Shown piece after piece: positions 24,601-38,154 of a stretch of 64,000 nucleotides of DNA. Under the pieces are notes generated by a model. That model was given only the letters and a program-made list of their open reading frames with translations. It was not told where the DNA came from and ran no database searches. A program made the position numbers and the translations under genes. Origin of the DNA: the human T2T-CHM13v2.0 reference genome, Homo sapiens; the NCBI RefSeq assembly GCF_009914755.1, contig NC_060928.1, one strand, 5' to 3'. The first letter of the stretch is position 1; each line of letters begins with the position of its first letter.

Positions 24601-27600
24601 TTCACTGAAAGAAAAACATGAGCAATCAAGTCATGAAAAGATTTGGAGAAACCTTAAATGCATTTTACTGAATGAAAGAAGCCAATCTAAAAACGCTATG
24701 TGCTATATAATTACAAGTATATGACATTCTTATTTTTTCTAAAGGCTAAACCATATAAACAGTCAAAAGTCAGTGATTGCCAGGAGTTTGAAGAAAGAAA
24801 AGGAGGAAGTTAGAACCAGGTGATTTTTAGGGCAGTGAAGCTACTTTGTATGATACTATAATGGCAGATACATGCCATTGTACCTATGTCAAAACTATAC
24901 AATATACAACACAAAGAGTGAAGTCCAAGGTAAACTATGTACATTGGTTGATAATAATATGTAAATGTTTCGCTCATTGATTATAGCAAATTTACCACAC
25001 TGGTGGGTGATGTCGGTGGAGGAAGTTGTGTGTTTGTGTGTAAGAATCTATGGGAAAATTATGTGAGGACTCTTTGTACTCTCTGTTCAATTTTACTATG
25101 AATAAAAAACTGTTATAAAAGTAGTGTACTGATTAAAAAATCATAAAAACTCTGGTTGACCACATGTGTGGTTTTAAATTCATCTTTTTAAATAAAATAA
25201 TAGAACACACACAATAACTGAAAGATATGACCAAAGATTTTCACATTCCCCCCCACTCAGTGCACTTCCATGAAAAAGTTTATTTTTTTGTTGTGGTTTA
25301 TTTGCTATTTCTGTAAAACCAAGACCACTGGCTTTTTCACATTTTATGGGAATGAGCCTTAGCAGATGGTCAAACACATTTTACCTGGTTTCTTGTTCTG
25401 AATTTGCCTTTCATTGTCATGAGAGTGATATTTACTCATTCATTCAACAATATTGAGACCCTGTTATGTGTTGGGAGTAATGATCTGATTGGGTGCCATG
25501 GTAATGTGGGAAACATGGAAAATTGGCATTTGGACTTGCAGTAGTCCTATGCTTTAGGTGCCATCAACCTTACGCAGGTTATTTCCCATATTGTCAAGCT
25601 CATCTCACCAGTAGACTACCATGAAGTAGTTGGTAATAAAGTTTGCCTTTTCTCTGTCTTGATTTCTGTTTTCCTTGGGAATCTTGAATGGAGAGTACTG
25701 CTAGCCTGGATTTGTCATGCAATAAAGTCACACACATTCATCCCCAGAAATTTCCATGTAAATATAGATCTGATCAATCCACAGACTTAGAACAAGTCAC
25801 CATCCAAGGAATACTTTGTTAGCTTTCTGTTTTATTTTTAATGGTGTCAATAGCAGAAGAGTCCCCTGGATCCTGTCTCAGGCATCATTCAGATAATAAG
25901 TTATCGCCAATAGAAAAACATATCTGTTCTGAAATAGTGTTTCAGAACACTGCTAACCACTGCTAAAAAATAAAACTAACAAGCAAAAATTGACAGTTAC
26001 AGCCCAGAAGACTTAGAGGGTTTCAGTGGTTTTGCCATTCCTTCTTAAATATTTAAAATGCTGTTTTGATAATAAATTCTTCAAATCAAAGTGAGCAGTG
26101 AGTTTTAACTTTGTTTTATCTGGAGTCTTGCATTATTAAAAACATGTACTCTTGATGAGGAGCGGGTAAGGCTGGAATATGAAGGACTTTGCTAGTTTTG
26201 TGATATGATCATTTTAATAGACTGAATATCCAGCTCAGCTCCAGGACATCACAGTATGAAATAACTGTTATTTCTGTATAAAACTTAGTCTAAAAAAGAA
26301 AAAAAATAATTGCTAAATGATTAGATGTCTATAAATGCATGAAAGATAAAAGAAAACCGCAATTAGCTATGGTAACACAGTTAAGAAATAATGTTTCTCT
26401 GTCAATTACTATTATCTAGAGCTCCATCAGAGCTGGGAAAATAGATTTTCTTTCTAGATTTATCTGCATTTAACTGGTTTATTTGAAGTTATATTAGGTC
26501 TGATAAGAAAGGTAGCCTGAAACACTAAAAAGTTCATTATCAATAGTTTATTAAATGCTCAAGAGTTTGTGCTTTGTATTGAGGGATTTATTTTTGCATA
26601 AAAATATGTGGGTATTGATAGTAATTTTCAAGATAAAACATGTTTAACTAGGATTCTGGATGTTATTACTACTAGCTTATTCAGAGACCTGATACTCATA
26701 GCAAAATAATAACATTAAACTTGAGTTATATGAAATTGTGAAGCTCCATGTGAACAAAGGAAGAGACTCCTCTGTTACCACTTGTTTTTCTAGGGAGAGA
26801 GCCTTCTCTGACTTAGATACCTAACATCTGAATATTCTCTTATGCAATCACAAACAATGGAAGATCTGCTTCTTTTCATTTATATCTTCAATTTATTAAA
26901 ATTATCTAATATTCGCTGGATACATCATTTAGTGGTCAACACTCTGGACTCTAAAGTTGTCTAATCTAGAAAAGTAATAATTTAAAATATTAGCATGCCT
27001 GGATTTGGTCATCAATTTTTCAATTAAAAATCCCCTGGCAACTGGTTAATTTGCCTTTTTCAATGGCTGTGCAAAATGTTTTAATATATTATGTGCCCTG
27101 TCATAGATCGCAGTAATAAACAATTGTCAAAGCAAAACAAATATTAGTTGATATCTATATGTGTATCTAGGTGTATCTAACTATCCCTATCTATGTAAAT
27201 CCTACCTAAATGACATTTTAAAGTGAATCAAATATTCTCTCTGGGCATGAACACTGCTGAAGCAAGCTAATTCTAAGCTTATCATCATTATAATGCCATT
27301 AAACATTTAGTGCTCTCTCACAGACATTGGCAAAATAACTCAGCAATTTCTTCATCAGAATCTCTTCTGCTCCTTTATTCATAATTTCACTTTTAATATC
27401 TTTTGGTTTTATCTAAAATGAATACTTTGCTAGAAATTCTTATTTGGTGAGAATCAAGAACCTTACAAAATGTCTTGCTATTTTCTGCCCCTCTGTTAGT
27501 TTTTATGACTGAAAGATACTAAGAGACAGAAAAGCAAGTGAAGATCCCTGACTTGTGTCCTACCAGCAGGAAGAATTGGATTAATTAAAATAGGAAGAAA

Positions 27601-28349
27601 TAATCTTTACTTGATTTAACTAATATGTAAGTTGTCAACCTCCTGCCAAAATCTAAGCATTAATTCTTACGGAAGTTACAGAAGACCTAGAGTTTACAAA
27701 AAATAAAGACTTTAGTCATTACTTAAAATCTTGTATACACCCTGAAGTCTTACTTAATATCTTTGAGAGAAAATTTGTAATGCTATTTTCCAAAAGAGGA
27801 TCAACAGATCGCCATAATATTAATCTAAGACATTATCAATTTTAAATAATTATAAACAATTATTTGTTTCCCTTTAATAGTCTCTTAAAATATCTGAAAT
27901 ACAAAAGCTCTTTGGAGGAATTTTTTTAAAAAATGTACGGCTAATGTCCTTGAAAATCTTCTGCAAAGCTGACAGATATCACTTCTCAAAATAGAGAGAT
28001 GTAGGTATAGTTATATGTAGCTATATAAAGACATATAGCAATAATTCCATGATAATATAAAAGCAGATGCATTATACTATAATAAACACTAATCATATAA
28101 ATTATTAACAAAGTAAAACAGAGACCGAATTCAATGAGAATCACTTCTTGACTTAGATCCTCAAAATCCATACTGATGAGAATTATTTTTTGAAGTACCA
28201 TGAAAAAATTCAAATTTAAAAAAATATGAAACTAGAAACAAGAAGATACCGCCATAGGCAAATTCTACTGAATATGTACACTTTAGCATTATAAACAGTG
28301 ATTTACAGACTTAACTCCTTTTGTCTTTTTAATTCTTAATGCACTAGGG

Positions 28350-28550
28350 CAAGAGTCACCAAACATAGGCCTTCAAACTTTTCACCTAGTTTTGTGTATA
28401 AAGTTATATTGATACGTGGCCAACTCATTGATTTGAGTATTGTCTACAGTTGCTTTTTCCCTAAAACTGTGGAGTAGCTGCAACAGAGCTGGTAGTTCAC
28501 AAGTCTAAAATCTTTACCATCTGGCCTTAATATTTTTTTGCCTACTTCTG
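28350..28550. mobile_element. hAT-Charlie MITE, MER58A-like
   Basis: caagagtcaccaaac...taaagttatattga...tattgtctacagttgcttt...gagtagctgcaacagag...ttaccatctggcc...tgcctacttctg. Confidence 0.75.
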
Positions 28551-28611
28551 CCCTATACAGTTACCACCTCCTTGACTTGGAAGAATCAAAGCATTACTGG
28601 GGATTGTATGA

Positions 28612-28615
<4 letters not shown>

Positions 28616-28649
<34 letters not shown>
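28616..28649. repeat. (TG)n microsatellite
   Basis: Direct observation. Confidence 0.95.
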
Positions 28650-28653
<4 letters not shown>

Positions 28654-29084
28654 GAAAAAGAATGAGACGTGGAGATAGAAGGGAAAGAAGTAGAGACTTC
28701 ATCTATTAGAATTATATTTTTATATTAATGAGGGGCCTTTTGATGTGTAAATGCATGTATTTGAAAGAATAGCAAGGGTAGTTTAAATTATGAGAAAAAA
28801 ATTATAACCACTAGGAGCAGTGGGTCTTCCAATTTTCCTGAAAGGGAAATCTTAATAGGATTTTAAAAAAATACTCTTGATTTGCTGTCATATAAAATGT
28901 CAATTCCTTCAATACATATTATGATTTTCATTTTAGACGCAAAGTCTATATCAGGAACTTGATTGTGTAAAAAATAAATGAAAGAGGTAGAGCATTGTGG
29001 GAAAATGGCAGAGTGAGAAGTACCAGTTATCTGTCTCCACACCTGGATAAAAATTGCAGTGGCAGAATCTGTCTAAGGTAACTA

Positions 29085-29430
29085 AAGTCATGTGCTACAT
29101 AATGACGCTTCAGTCAATGACACACTGCATATATGGCAGTGGTACCATAAGGTTATAATATTGTATTTTCACTGCATCTTTTCTTTGTTTAAATATGTTT
29201 AGATGTACAAATACTTACCGTTGTGCTACAACTACCTCCAGTATTCAGTCAAGTAACATCTGTACAGGTTTGTACCTTAGTAGCAATGGCTATACCATAC
29301 AGCTTAGATGTATAGTAGACTATACAATTTAGCTTTGTGTAAGTACACTCCATGATGTTCTTACAATAACAAAATTGCCTAAGAATGCATTTCCTAAAAC
29401 GTATCCCCTTTGTTAAGTGATACGTAACCA
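29085..29430 (+). mobile_element. Tigger3a-like (TcMar-Tigger) DNA transposon inserted in the L1 5'UTR, TA target duplication
   Basis: agtcatgtgctacataatgacg...cataaggttataat...gttaagtgatacgtaac; TA at 29083-84 and 29431-32; L1 resumes afterwards. Confidence 0.85.
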
Positions 29431-29980
29431 TATTTGGAACTGTAGAGACTATTGAAGGCTTGTGACTTCCAGGGGAAGGCTTGGATGGTAAATTGCAGTA
29501 ATTTTCAGCCAATTTCAATTCTTAACACAAAAACTACTGGTTCCCCATCCTTCAGTACCATGGCAGGCAGCCACGCACATGTTCTTGGAGCAGCTTGCCC
29601 TCAACTTGCACAAGCAGGGTGGGTGAAAGCAATCCTACTTGCCCTACCAATCTTGGGGTTCTGTGCTCTGATTGCTGTTTCTAATGATAGAGGTAGAGAC
29701 GAAGAAATGAGTGGTCATTGTTGTTGCACCTCCATCCATTGTTCCAAGCCTCCTCATTCTAGCATAAGTCACTTCTAGGTAAGTTAAAAGACTGGTGCTC
29801 TCTTTTCCCCTCTTCATTTTTCTCTTTATCCTCTTTTTTGGAGGGTTCCAGACATTAAACATCAGGATATTCAAATGCAACTTCATATACACACAAAAAA
29901 TAGAAAGTGACTGCATGTACTGCAGGTTTAGGAAAGACATGAGATCTTACATTAGGCTGGTCCTTGTGGAGATAGCCTAA

Positions 29981-30006
29981 AATCAATCAATCAATCAATC
30001 AATCAA
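29981..30006. repeat. (AATC)n microsatellite
   Basis: Direct observation. Confidence 0.9.
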
Positions 30007-30873
30007 TAAAAAACAGCAAACCCTAGGAAGACCAAAAATATGATTTCTATAATTATTACTTAATTAGATTAAATGTCCAGTTTTCAACAAAAATCACAAG
30101 TCATAATACAAAATAGGAAACTGTGGCCCACTTAAAGGAAAAATAAATAAATCAACAAAAATTATCCCCCAAAAAAGACCTGCTAGAAGATATACCAGGC
30201 AAGCACTTTAAAACAACTGTCTTGAAGCTCAAACAGATTTAAAAAGAGATGTACAGAAAGTCAAGAAAACAATGTGTGAACAAAGATGGAAACATTAATA
30301 GATAGAACCCCAAAAAGAAAGAAAATAAATTCTGGAGCTAAAAAGTATAATAACTGAAATGAAAAATTTACTGGAGGGGTTTGAAGACAGATTTGAGCAG
30401 TCAGAAGAAAGAATCAATAAACAGGATAGCAGAAATTACCGAGTCTGAGGAGCAGGAAAGAAAGAAAAAAAATGAAAAAAAGTGAACAGAATCTAAAGGA
30501 CCCATGGGACATCATAACCCTGACAAACTTCTCAAATTTGATAAATGATATGAATAGAAACATCTAAGAAGATAAATGAACTCAGAGTAAGATTAACTCA
30601 AAGATACTCACACTGAGATATATTTAACTAAATTTTGAAAAGACAAAGAGAATTTTGAAAGTAGTAACAAAAAAAGAGGCTCACCATATAAAAGAGATCC
30701 TTAAAAAGAATGTCACCACATATCGCATCAGAAACTTTAGGGGCCAAAAGGAAGTGCACCAATATATTTAAAGTGCTAAAAGAGAAAAGAAAAACACTGT
30801 CAAACAAGAACGTTTTATCTGGCAAATCAGTTATTCAAAGGTAAGGGAGACTAGTCCTTCAAAGTAAAGAGAC

Positions 30874-30932
30874 TACTGTCACATATGCAGTCTGTCACTG
30901 ACTGAGATGCCATTATGCAGCACATGACTTTA
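30874..30932 (-). mobile_element. Tigger3 terminal fragment (~59 bp)
   Basis: Reverse complement taaagtcatgtgctgcataatggcatctcagtcagtgacagactgcatatgtgacagta aligns to 29083-29141. Confidence 0.8.
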
Positions 30933-33900
30933 TTTTCCTAAAGTTTATTTTATTTTCTAAACAAAGGAAAGCTGAAGGAGTTTATTACCATGAGCCTGTC
31001 CTGTGGGGGAAAAGAAGAAGCAAAACAAAACCAAAAAAACTCAATAGAGTCCTAATGAGTTAAATGAAGAGATGAGATACCGCACAATAAATTGAACCCA
31101 TATGAAAAAGTAAAGACTTCATTAAAAGTAAGTACATGGAGAATTATAAAACTAGTCGTATTTCAACAATGGTTTGTAATTACTGTTTTGATTTTCTACA
31201 TAAGAGACTAACACATTTAAAAGTACAGTTTATGTTTTGGGCGCACAATGTAATTTGAAGATATCAACAACTAAAAGGAGTATGGGCAGAGTTTTATAGG
31301 AACAGGTTTTTATGTATTATTAAAGTTAAATTTGTATAAATTCAAATTAAGTTTTTATAACTTTAAGAGGTTAATTATAATCCCCATGGGAACCACAAAG
31401 AAAATAACCATAGCAAATACCCAAAAGGAAATGAGAAAGAAATTTAACCATTGTACTATTAAAACAAATCACCTAAACACAATAGAATACAGTAATGTAG
31501 GATGTAAAGGACAAAAAAGCTATATGGCATATATTTTAAAAATATTAAAATGACAAAAAGCCCTCCTTTTTCAGTAATTACTTCAAATGTAAATGAATTA
31601 AACTCTGTAATTAAAAGACAGAGATTGTCGGAATGTTTCTTTTAATACCTATTTAACTATACACTGTCTATGACAGACTTACTTTCAATCTAAAGACACA
31701 CATTAATTGAAAGTGAAAGAATGGAAAATGATATTTTATGCAAATTGTAATCAAAAGAGAGTAGGGCTAGCTATAATAGTATCAGAGAAATTAAGCTTTA
31801 AATTAAAAAGTTTGCATGAGAAAAAGAAGGATATTATATATTAATAAAAGGTTCACCCCAGCAAGAACATATAACAATTATATTTTCTCACCCAGAGACA
31901 TACCATCATAATAAGTGAAGCAAAAACTAACAGAATTGAAGGGCTAGATGGTCCTACAATAATAGCTGGAGACTTTAATACCCTATTCTCAATAATGGAT
32001 GGAACAACAAAACAAAAGATAACTAATGAACTAGAGGACTTAAACAACCAAAAAGCCAACTAGATTTAAGACATGTAAGGAACAATTTACCTAACAACAA
32101 TAGCATGCACATATTTTTCAAGTGCATATGTGGCATTTTCTGTGACACATCATATGCAGGCCACAAAATAAGTCTTAACAGATTTAAAAAGATAAAAGCC
32201 TCTTCCTTATGCACAAGGTGTTGAAGTTTTAAATCAATAACAGAAGAAAAACTGAAAAATTTACAAATTTGTGAGAATTAAACAACACACATTTAAGCCA
32301 CCAATTTATCACACAGTAAATTAGACAATACTTAGATATGAATGAAAACAAAAACACAACATACTAAAACTTAGGGGTGCAGCAAAAGCAATACTATAAG
32401 GGAATTTATAACTATAAGCACATTAAAAAATAAGAAATATTTCAAATCAACAATCTAGCTTTACAACTTAAGGACCTAGGAAAAGAAGAACAAACTAAAA
32501 CCAGAGCTGACAGAAGCAAAGAAGTAGTAAAAAAAAAAAAAGAGAGCAGAGATAAATGAAATAGAGACTGGAAAAAAAATAAAAAGAAAAAATCAATGAA
32601 ATAAAACATTATTTATTTAAAACGATCAAACAATTTATAAACCTTTAGCTAGATGGACTAAAAAAAAGAGAAAAAATTCAAATTACTAAACTCAGAAAGG
32701 AAAGTAGGGGCATTACTACCAATTCTACAGACATTAAAAGGGTTATAAGACAGTGCTATGAAAAACTGTATGTCAACTAATTGGATAACCTAGATTTATA
32801 TGGAAAAATCCCTAGAAACACAAAAACTGTGAAGACTAAATCACAAATAAATAGAAAATCAGAATGAAACAATTAATATTAAATACAAGTAATAGACCTA
32901 CAACTAGTAAACTAGATTAAATCAGTAAATAAAAATTCCCTGACACATAAAAGCCATGTACCTGGTGGCTTCTCTGGTGAATTCTACCAAACATTTAAAG
33001 AACTAACACTAATCCTTCTCTAACTTTTCCAAAAAATTGAAAAGGATGGAATACTTCCTAACTCCTTCTAGGAGGCTATTCATTACCTGGTTATTAAAGC
33101 CAGACAAAGACACTACAAGAAAAGAAAACTGCAGGCCAATATTCATTATGAATATTGATGCACAAATCCTCAACAAAATATTAGCAAACTGAATTCAACA
33201 GTATATTAAAGTGATTATACACTATGAACAAGTGAGATTTTTTCTGTAATGTAGGGTAATCCAATATTCAAAAATAAATCAATGTAATATACTATATTAA
33301 TATAATGAAGGATGATGATCTCAATTGATGTAGAAAAGTCATATGACAAAATTCATCACCTTTTCTATAAAAACAAAGGGTTTTTTTTTTAAATGGTGAA
33401 AGCACTCAATAAACTAGAAATAGCAAAAATTTTCCCAACATAAAAAGACCACATAAAAACAAAAACAACAACAAAAACACCAACAGTGAACATCATACTC
33501 AGTGGTTAAAGACTAAAAACTTTACCTCTAGGATCAGGAACAAGAAAAGGATGCCGACTTTCTCTACTTCTGTTCAGCATAATACTGGAAGTTCTAGCCA
33601 GGGCAATTAGTCAAGAAAAAAAGGCGGGGGAGGGGGCGGGGGGGGGGGGCGTGCATTTGAATTGGACAGGAATAAATAACCTCTATGTGAAAGAATAAAT
33701 TTAGACCCTTACCTAATACCATACACAAAAATTAGTTTAAAATGTATCAAAGACCTATTATAGACCTGAAACTAAAAAACTCTTAGAAGAAAACATAGGG
33801 CAAACATTTTATGACACTGGATTTGACAATAATTTCAGAATATAATACCGAAGGCACAGGTGACAAAAAAAAAAAGAGCTAGACAAATAGGACTTCATGA

Positions 33901-34617
33901 ACATTTTAAATTTTGTGCATCAAAATACACTATCCACAGAGTATAAAGGCAATGCACAAATTGGGAGAAAATGTTTCCAAATCATATAATCTAGGAGATT
34001 AATATCCAGAATACGTAAAGAACTCCTAACTGAACAACAAACCCAAGCCAATTCAATAATGAGAAATGGATGCGAGCAGCTGTTTCTCTAAAGAAGACAC
34101 ACAAATGTGTACAAATGGCCAATAAACACAAAAAAAGATGTTCAACATTAGTAAAATGCAAATCAAAACTACATTGAGATACCACCTCACACACATAGGA
34201 TAGATACTATCAAAAACATAAAATAACAAGTGTTGGTGATGATACGGAGCAATTGTAACCTTTGCACATTGTTGGTAGAAATGAAACATGATAAAGCCAC
34301 TGTAGAAAAGAGTATGGTGGTTGGCCAAAAAATTAAAAACAGAATTATCATATGATCCAATAATTCTACTTCTGGATATATGCCCCAAAGAATTGAAGCC
34401 AGCATCCCCATGAGATATTTTTATCCTCATATCCATAGCAGCATATTTACAATAATTAAAACATGAAAGCAGCCCAAATGTTAATCACTGAATAAATAAG
34501 AAAATGTGATAGATACATACAATGGAAAATTAATCAGCCTTAATAAGAAGGAAATTCTAACATACACTACAACATGGAAGATACTTGAGAGAATTATGCT
34601 AAGTGAAATAAGCCAGG

Positions 34618-34618
<1 letters not shown>

Positions 34619-34655
<37 letters not shown>
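34619..34655. repeat. (CA)n microsatellite inside L1 3'UTR
   Basis: Direct observation. Confidence 0.95.
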
Positions 34656-35439
34656 AATGAATACTGTTTTCTTCTACTTCTATGAGGTACACACAGTATT
34701 CAAAATCATAGAGACAGAAAGTAGAATGATAGATTCCAAGAGTTGGGAGGAGTGGCAAATGAGGAGTTATTGTTTAATGAATATAGACTTTTTATTTTAC
34801 AAGTTGAAGAGATCTGGAGATAGATGGTAGTAATGGCTGCTCATTATAAATGTATTTATTATCACTGAGTTATATAATTTAAATGGTTAAGATAGTACAA
34901 TTTATGTTATATGTATTATACCACAATATTTAAAATGGTGAAAAAATGAAAGAACATCACTTTCCTTGAAGCATGTACAGTAATGGGGCTGAGGGGAATA
35001 CAAGGTAAATATACCTTTACTCTTCAATAACTTGTTGTGCTCAGCATGTACATCAACATGTCGTCTGACACCCTGGCCACTCAGTAACTAGACTATATAT
35101 CCTGTGTAACAGTAATAATAATGTTGTAACAGAATAATAATGTTGTCCTACTCCTTTCTTAACTAGTCATTCCCATGATCATATTCTAGCATCCTTCATT
35201 GCCAGAAAATCCACCACTTCCAAAATCTTAATCTCCAGTATCACAGCCTGACCTACACTTTTCATTTTTCTATTTATTTCCTCCACATTATCATTCTGGT
35301 CGTTTTTAATCCTATCAGATTTCCAATCCTTCTATTGTGTTGCTTGACTGCGTGTCCTCACGTCCTGTATTTCCTCCTTTCTCAAAGAACGATTTCCAGG
35401 TCCCATACTGTCTGATTAAATTAGTAATGCATGTTCCAA

Positions 35440-35605
35440 AGCCTTAGGCAAACAAAGCATTTTTATCAGGCACAATATTCTAAGAGCTTGGAAGATATCC
35501 CCGAGGAGCTGACCAAGGCCAATTCTGAAGTCAAGTCAAGACTTTATTTGTAATGTGCAGGGTTTGAGCAACACTAACCTGCGAGTTATTTCCTTCCTGC
35601 GTGTA
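35440..35605 (-). mobile_element. ERVL LTR fragment (MER21/MER77-like)
   Basis: aaacaaagc...ttatcaggcacaatattctaagagctt...aatgtgcagggtttgagcaac. Confidence 0.55.
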
Positions 35606-36797
35606 TTTTTATGGAAAACTGCTCAAAAGTTATCTATCCTTTGCATACAATTCTTTTTACTAGTTATTCCAATGTGGTTTAGAGTAGTAGAGAATATTCA
35701 AAGGTTAAAATAAATAATAAAACCTTTTATTAAAAAGAACAGCATAAGAAATGCACATGGCAGTATGTGAAACTCAGATTGAATTAGTGTAGCAATAGAA
35801 AACAAGTAAAATTTGAAGCTAAGATGTAAAATTGAGCAATAATTTAACCTCAAGTCAAATTTGATATGCCCCCTCCAATATCTAAATATAGAGATGAAGG
35901 AAAATCAGGTTAAAAAAAAAAAAAACAACTAAAACTAAAAACATTGCAGAGAGATCCTGTGACCCTGTGGTAGCTATGTTTGCCCATAGGCTCTGGTTCC
36001 CTTGAGACAGTCTAAGTCTACAGTTGTTTTTTACACACAGTTATTAATATTGCCCCTTTTCACTCTGGTTTAGTTGATAAATTATATGACCACTGTAAGC
36101 TGCAATATTTGTGGAGAAATCAGTTCCTGTGAGGCAGAGAAAGCGCTTCATGAGAAAACAGGGGATGGTATCCAGGCTCACTACTTATCCTTAAGCACTC
36201 AGGGAGAGCTTCCCCAGTTGTGAAAAAAGCCTGGAAAAAAAGTTGAAGTTGTTGTTGACAGTTTCTTAAGGTATGGCTTACAGCAAAAAATGATTTAGAC
36301 AGGTGAAAAGATGCATATAGAATCTAGGGAGGGAGCAGAAACAAAACAAACCGTCTAATGAGATCATGTGCAGCTCTAAGATATTCCCCAACCGATTCAT
36401 GTCGGAATGTGGGAATAAAGGCAAGGGCAGCCAACATCAAAACCACAAAATTTCAAAAAATGAAAATGAATCTTTTTCCGTAAAATGAGATTGTAAATCA
36501 AAATTTTATAATAAATGGAGCAAAATAATAAAAGTAATCTAATGTTAAGAAATATAAAACTATGACAAACTAAAACTCATTAAAAAACTGTTAAGATGGA
36601 ATCACCCCTCTGTGGCCTAAAGCATGTAGTTGGTGCTACATGATGTTCCTAGAGGGCCATCAGTAACATCAAGCAGTAAACCCATGGTTAAACAGATCTG
36701 GAAAATTATATAAACTGGATTTACAACACCATCCTTTTACTTTCCACTTTATAATAGCCTAATATTTATGGTGTATTTCATAATAAAAATAGATTTA

Positions 36798-36937
36798 TGT
36801 ATTATATGGCATGAAACACATTGCCCCAGCAGTTTTCAGCTTAAAACAACAAACATTTATTATTATAGAGTGCTAGGAATCAAGGCATAGCATGATTTTA
36901 TGGCTCTGAATCATGGCTGCAGTCTAGCTGTTGACGG
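36798..36937 (-). mobile_element. MLT1 LTR fragment
   Basis: gcttaaaacaacaaacatttatt...ggaatc...ggctgcagtc motifs. Confidence 0.5.
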
Positions 36938-37169
36938 ACAGACACATACATTTGGTTTTGTGCTTTTATTTTAATCCATAGGTTCCCATGTTGTCTGAGA
37001 ATCTGGGATGATACCAAGACTGACAAATTATTTTTGCCAGCAATTGTTTGAGCCACAATAGTATCAAAAATTTTAATCTTTCATTTAAATCACATTATTT
37101 TTCTACCCCCAAACTTCATTAAATACCATAGAATACCATACAATTTTTATTCAGGGATACTTCTGAGAT

Positions 37170-37743
37170 TTTTTTTTTCTTATACATACATACCTATAAT
37201 AAAGTTTAATTTGTTGGCAAAGTAAAAGTTTATTAACAATACCTAATAATAACAACATAGAACAATTATAACAATATACTGCTTATGATTTCATGGACAG
37301 AAGATTTGTTATTATTATAGATCTAAAAATAAAATTTCCTTCTTTCCTTATCAAGTCAAGAACTTTTGACTTCTCACTTAAAGGAAGCATTTTATGGCTT
37401 TGTTTCGGCACATTCAAATTGCCAGCATGAAGTAAAGGAAGGATTACTTGAATATAAGCACTGCAATAATGTGACAGTTGATCTGATAACCGAGACAGCT
37501 ACGAAGGGACTAACAGGCAAGTAGTGCAGGCAGCATGGATACACTGGCAAAGGGATGATTCATGTCCTGGGTGGTATGGTGCAGGGTAGTGCAAGAGTTC
37601 ATCTTACTACTCAGAATGGCATACAGTGTAAAACTTAGCAATTCTTTATTTCTGGGGTTTCCACTTAATATTTTCATACTGTGGTTTACTGTGGGTAAAT
37701 GAAGCTGTGGAAAGTGAAATTGCAAGTAAGTGCGGGGACTACA
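37170..37743 (-). mobile_element. MER44-family (Tigger7-related) DNA transposon
   Basis: Reverse complement starts tagtccccgcacttacttgcaatttcactttccacagc...atgaatcatccctttgccagtgtatcc. Confidence 0.85.
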
Positions 37744-37788
37744 GTTCATTCTTGAGCATAACTATTACAGGTGCTTTAAGTTCAATAT

Positions 37789-38154
37789 TATGTTAGTCTG
37801 TTTTGCATTGCTATAAAGGAATACCCGAGGCTGGGTAATATATAAAGAAAACAGATGTATTTGGCTCATGGTTCTTCAGGTTATACAAGCATGGCACCGG
37901 TTCTTCTGGTGGGGCTTCAGGAAGCTTTTCGTAACGTCGGAAGGCCAAGAGGGATGAGGTGTGTGACATGGCAAGAAAGGGAGTCGGAGTAGAGATGTCT
38001 CAGACTCTTCAACAACCAGACCTTCTGTGTTTTCATTACTGCGAGGAGGGCACCAAGCATTCATGAGGGATCCCCTCCCATGACCCCGCCCCCAACACTG
38101 GGGATCACATTTCAGTATAAGATTTTGCGGGGGACAAATACCCAAACTATCTCA
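37789..38154 (-). mobile_element. MaLR solo LTR, MSTB-like
   Basis: ttagtctgttttgcattgctataaaggaatacccgaggctggg...ggggacaaatacccaaactatctca. Confidence 0.88.

Larger units (their letters stand above)
17868..25140 (+). mobile_element. Near full-length decayed L1MC1/L1MC2-type LINE-1 (5'UTR, ORF1, ORF2, 3'UTR), interrupted at 20930-21660
   Basis: ORF1-like 18994-19317; ORF2 RT peptide KENYKPVSL...[38 protein letters not shown] (22540-22776); 3'UTR gagcaatcaagtcatgaaaagatttggagaaaccttaaatgc typical of L1MC1/2. Confidence 0.92.
28990..34945 (+). mobile_element. Decayed LINE-1 (L1MB-type 3' end) with 5'UTR, ORF1 and ORF2; internal ORF2 deletion near 33685
   Basis: 5' gggaaaatggcagagtgagaag; ORF1 motifs 30200-30830; EN aattacttcaaatgtaaatgaattaaac; RT ggtgaattctaccaaacatttaaaga; L1MB 3'UTR catagagacagaaagtagaatg. 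Confidence 0.9.

Noticed and set aside
25200-25400. Cluster of E-box, RUNX and forkhead-like motifs suggesting an enhancer
   Set aside because: Short motifs are expected by chance; conservation or chromatin data are needed.
25925-25949. 10-bp hairpin tgttctgaaa-tagtg-tttcagaaca resembling an iron-responsive element
   Set aside because: The loop is not CAGUGN, there is no bulged C, and no mRNA context is evident.
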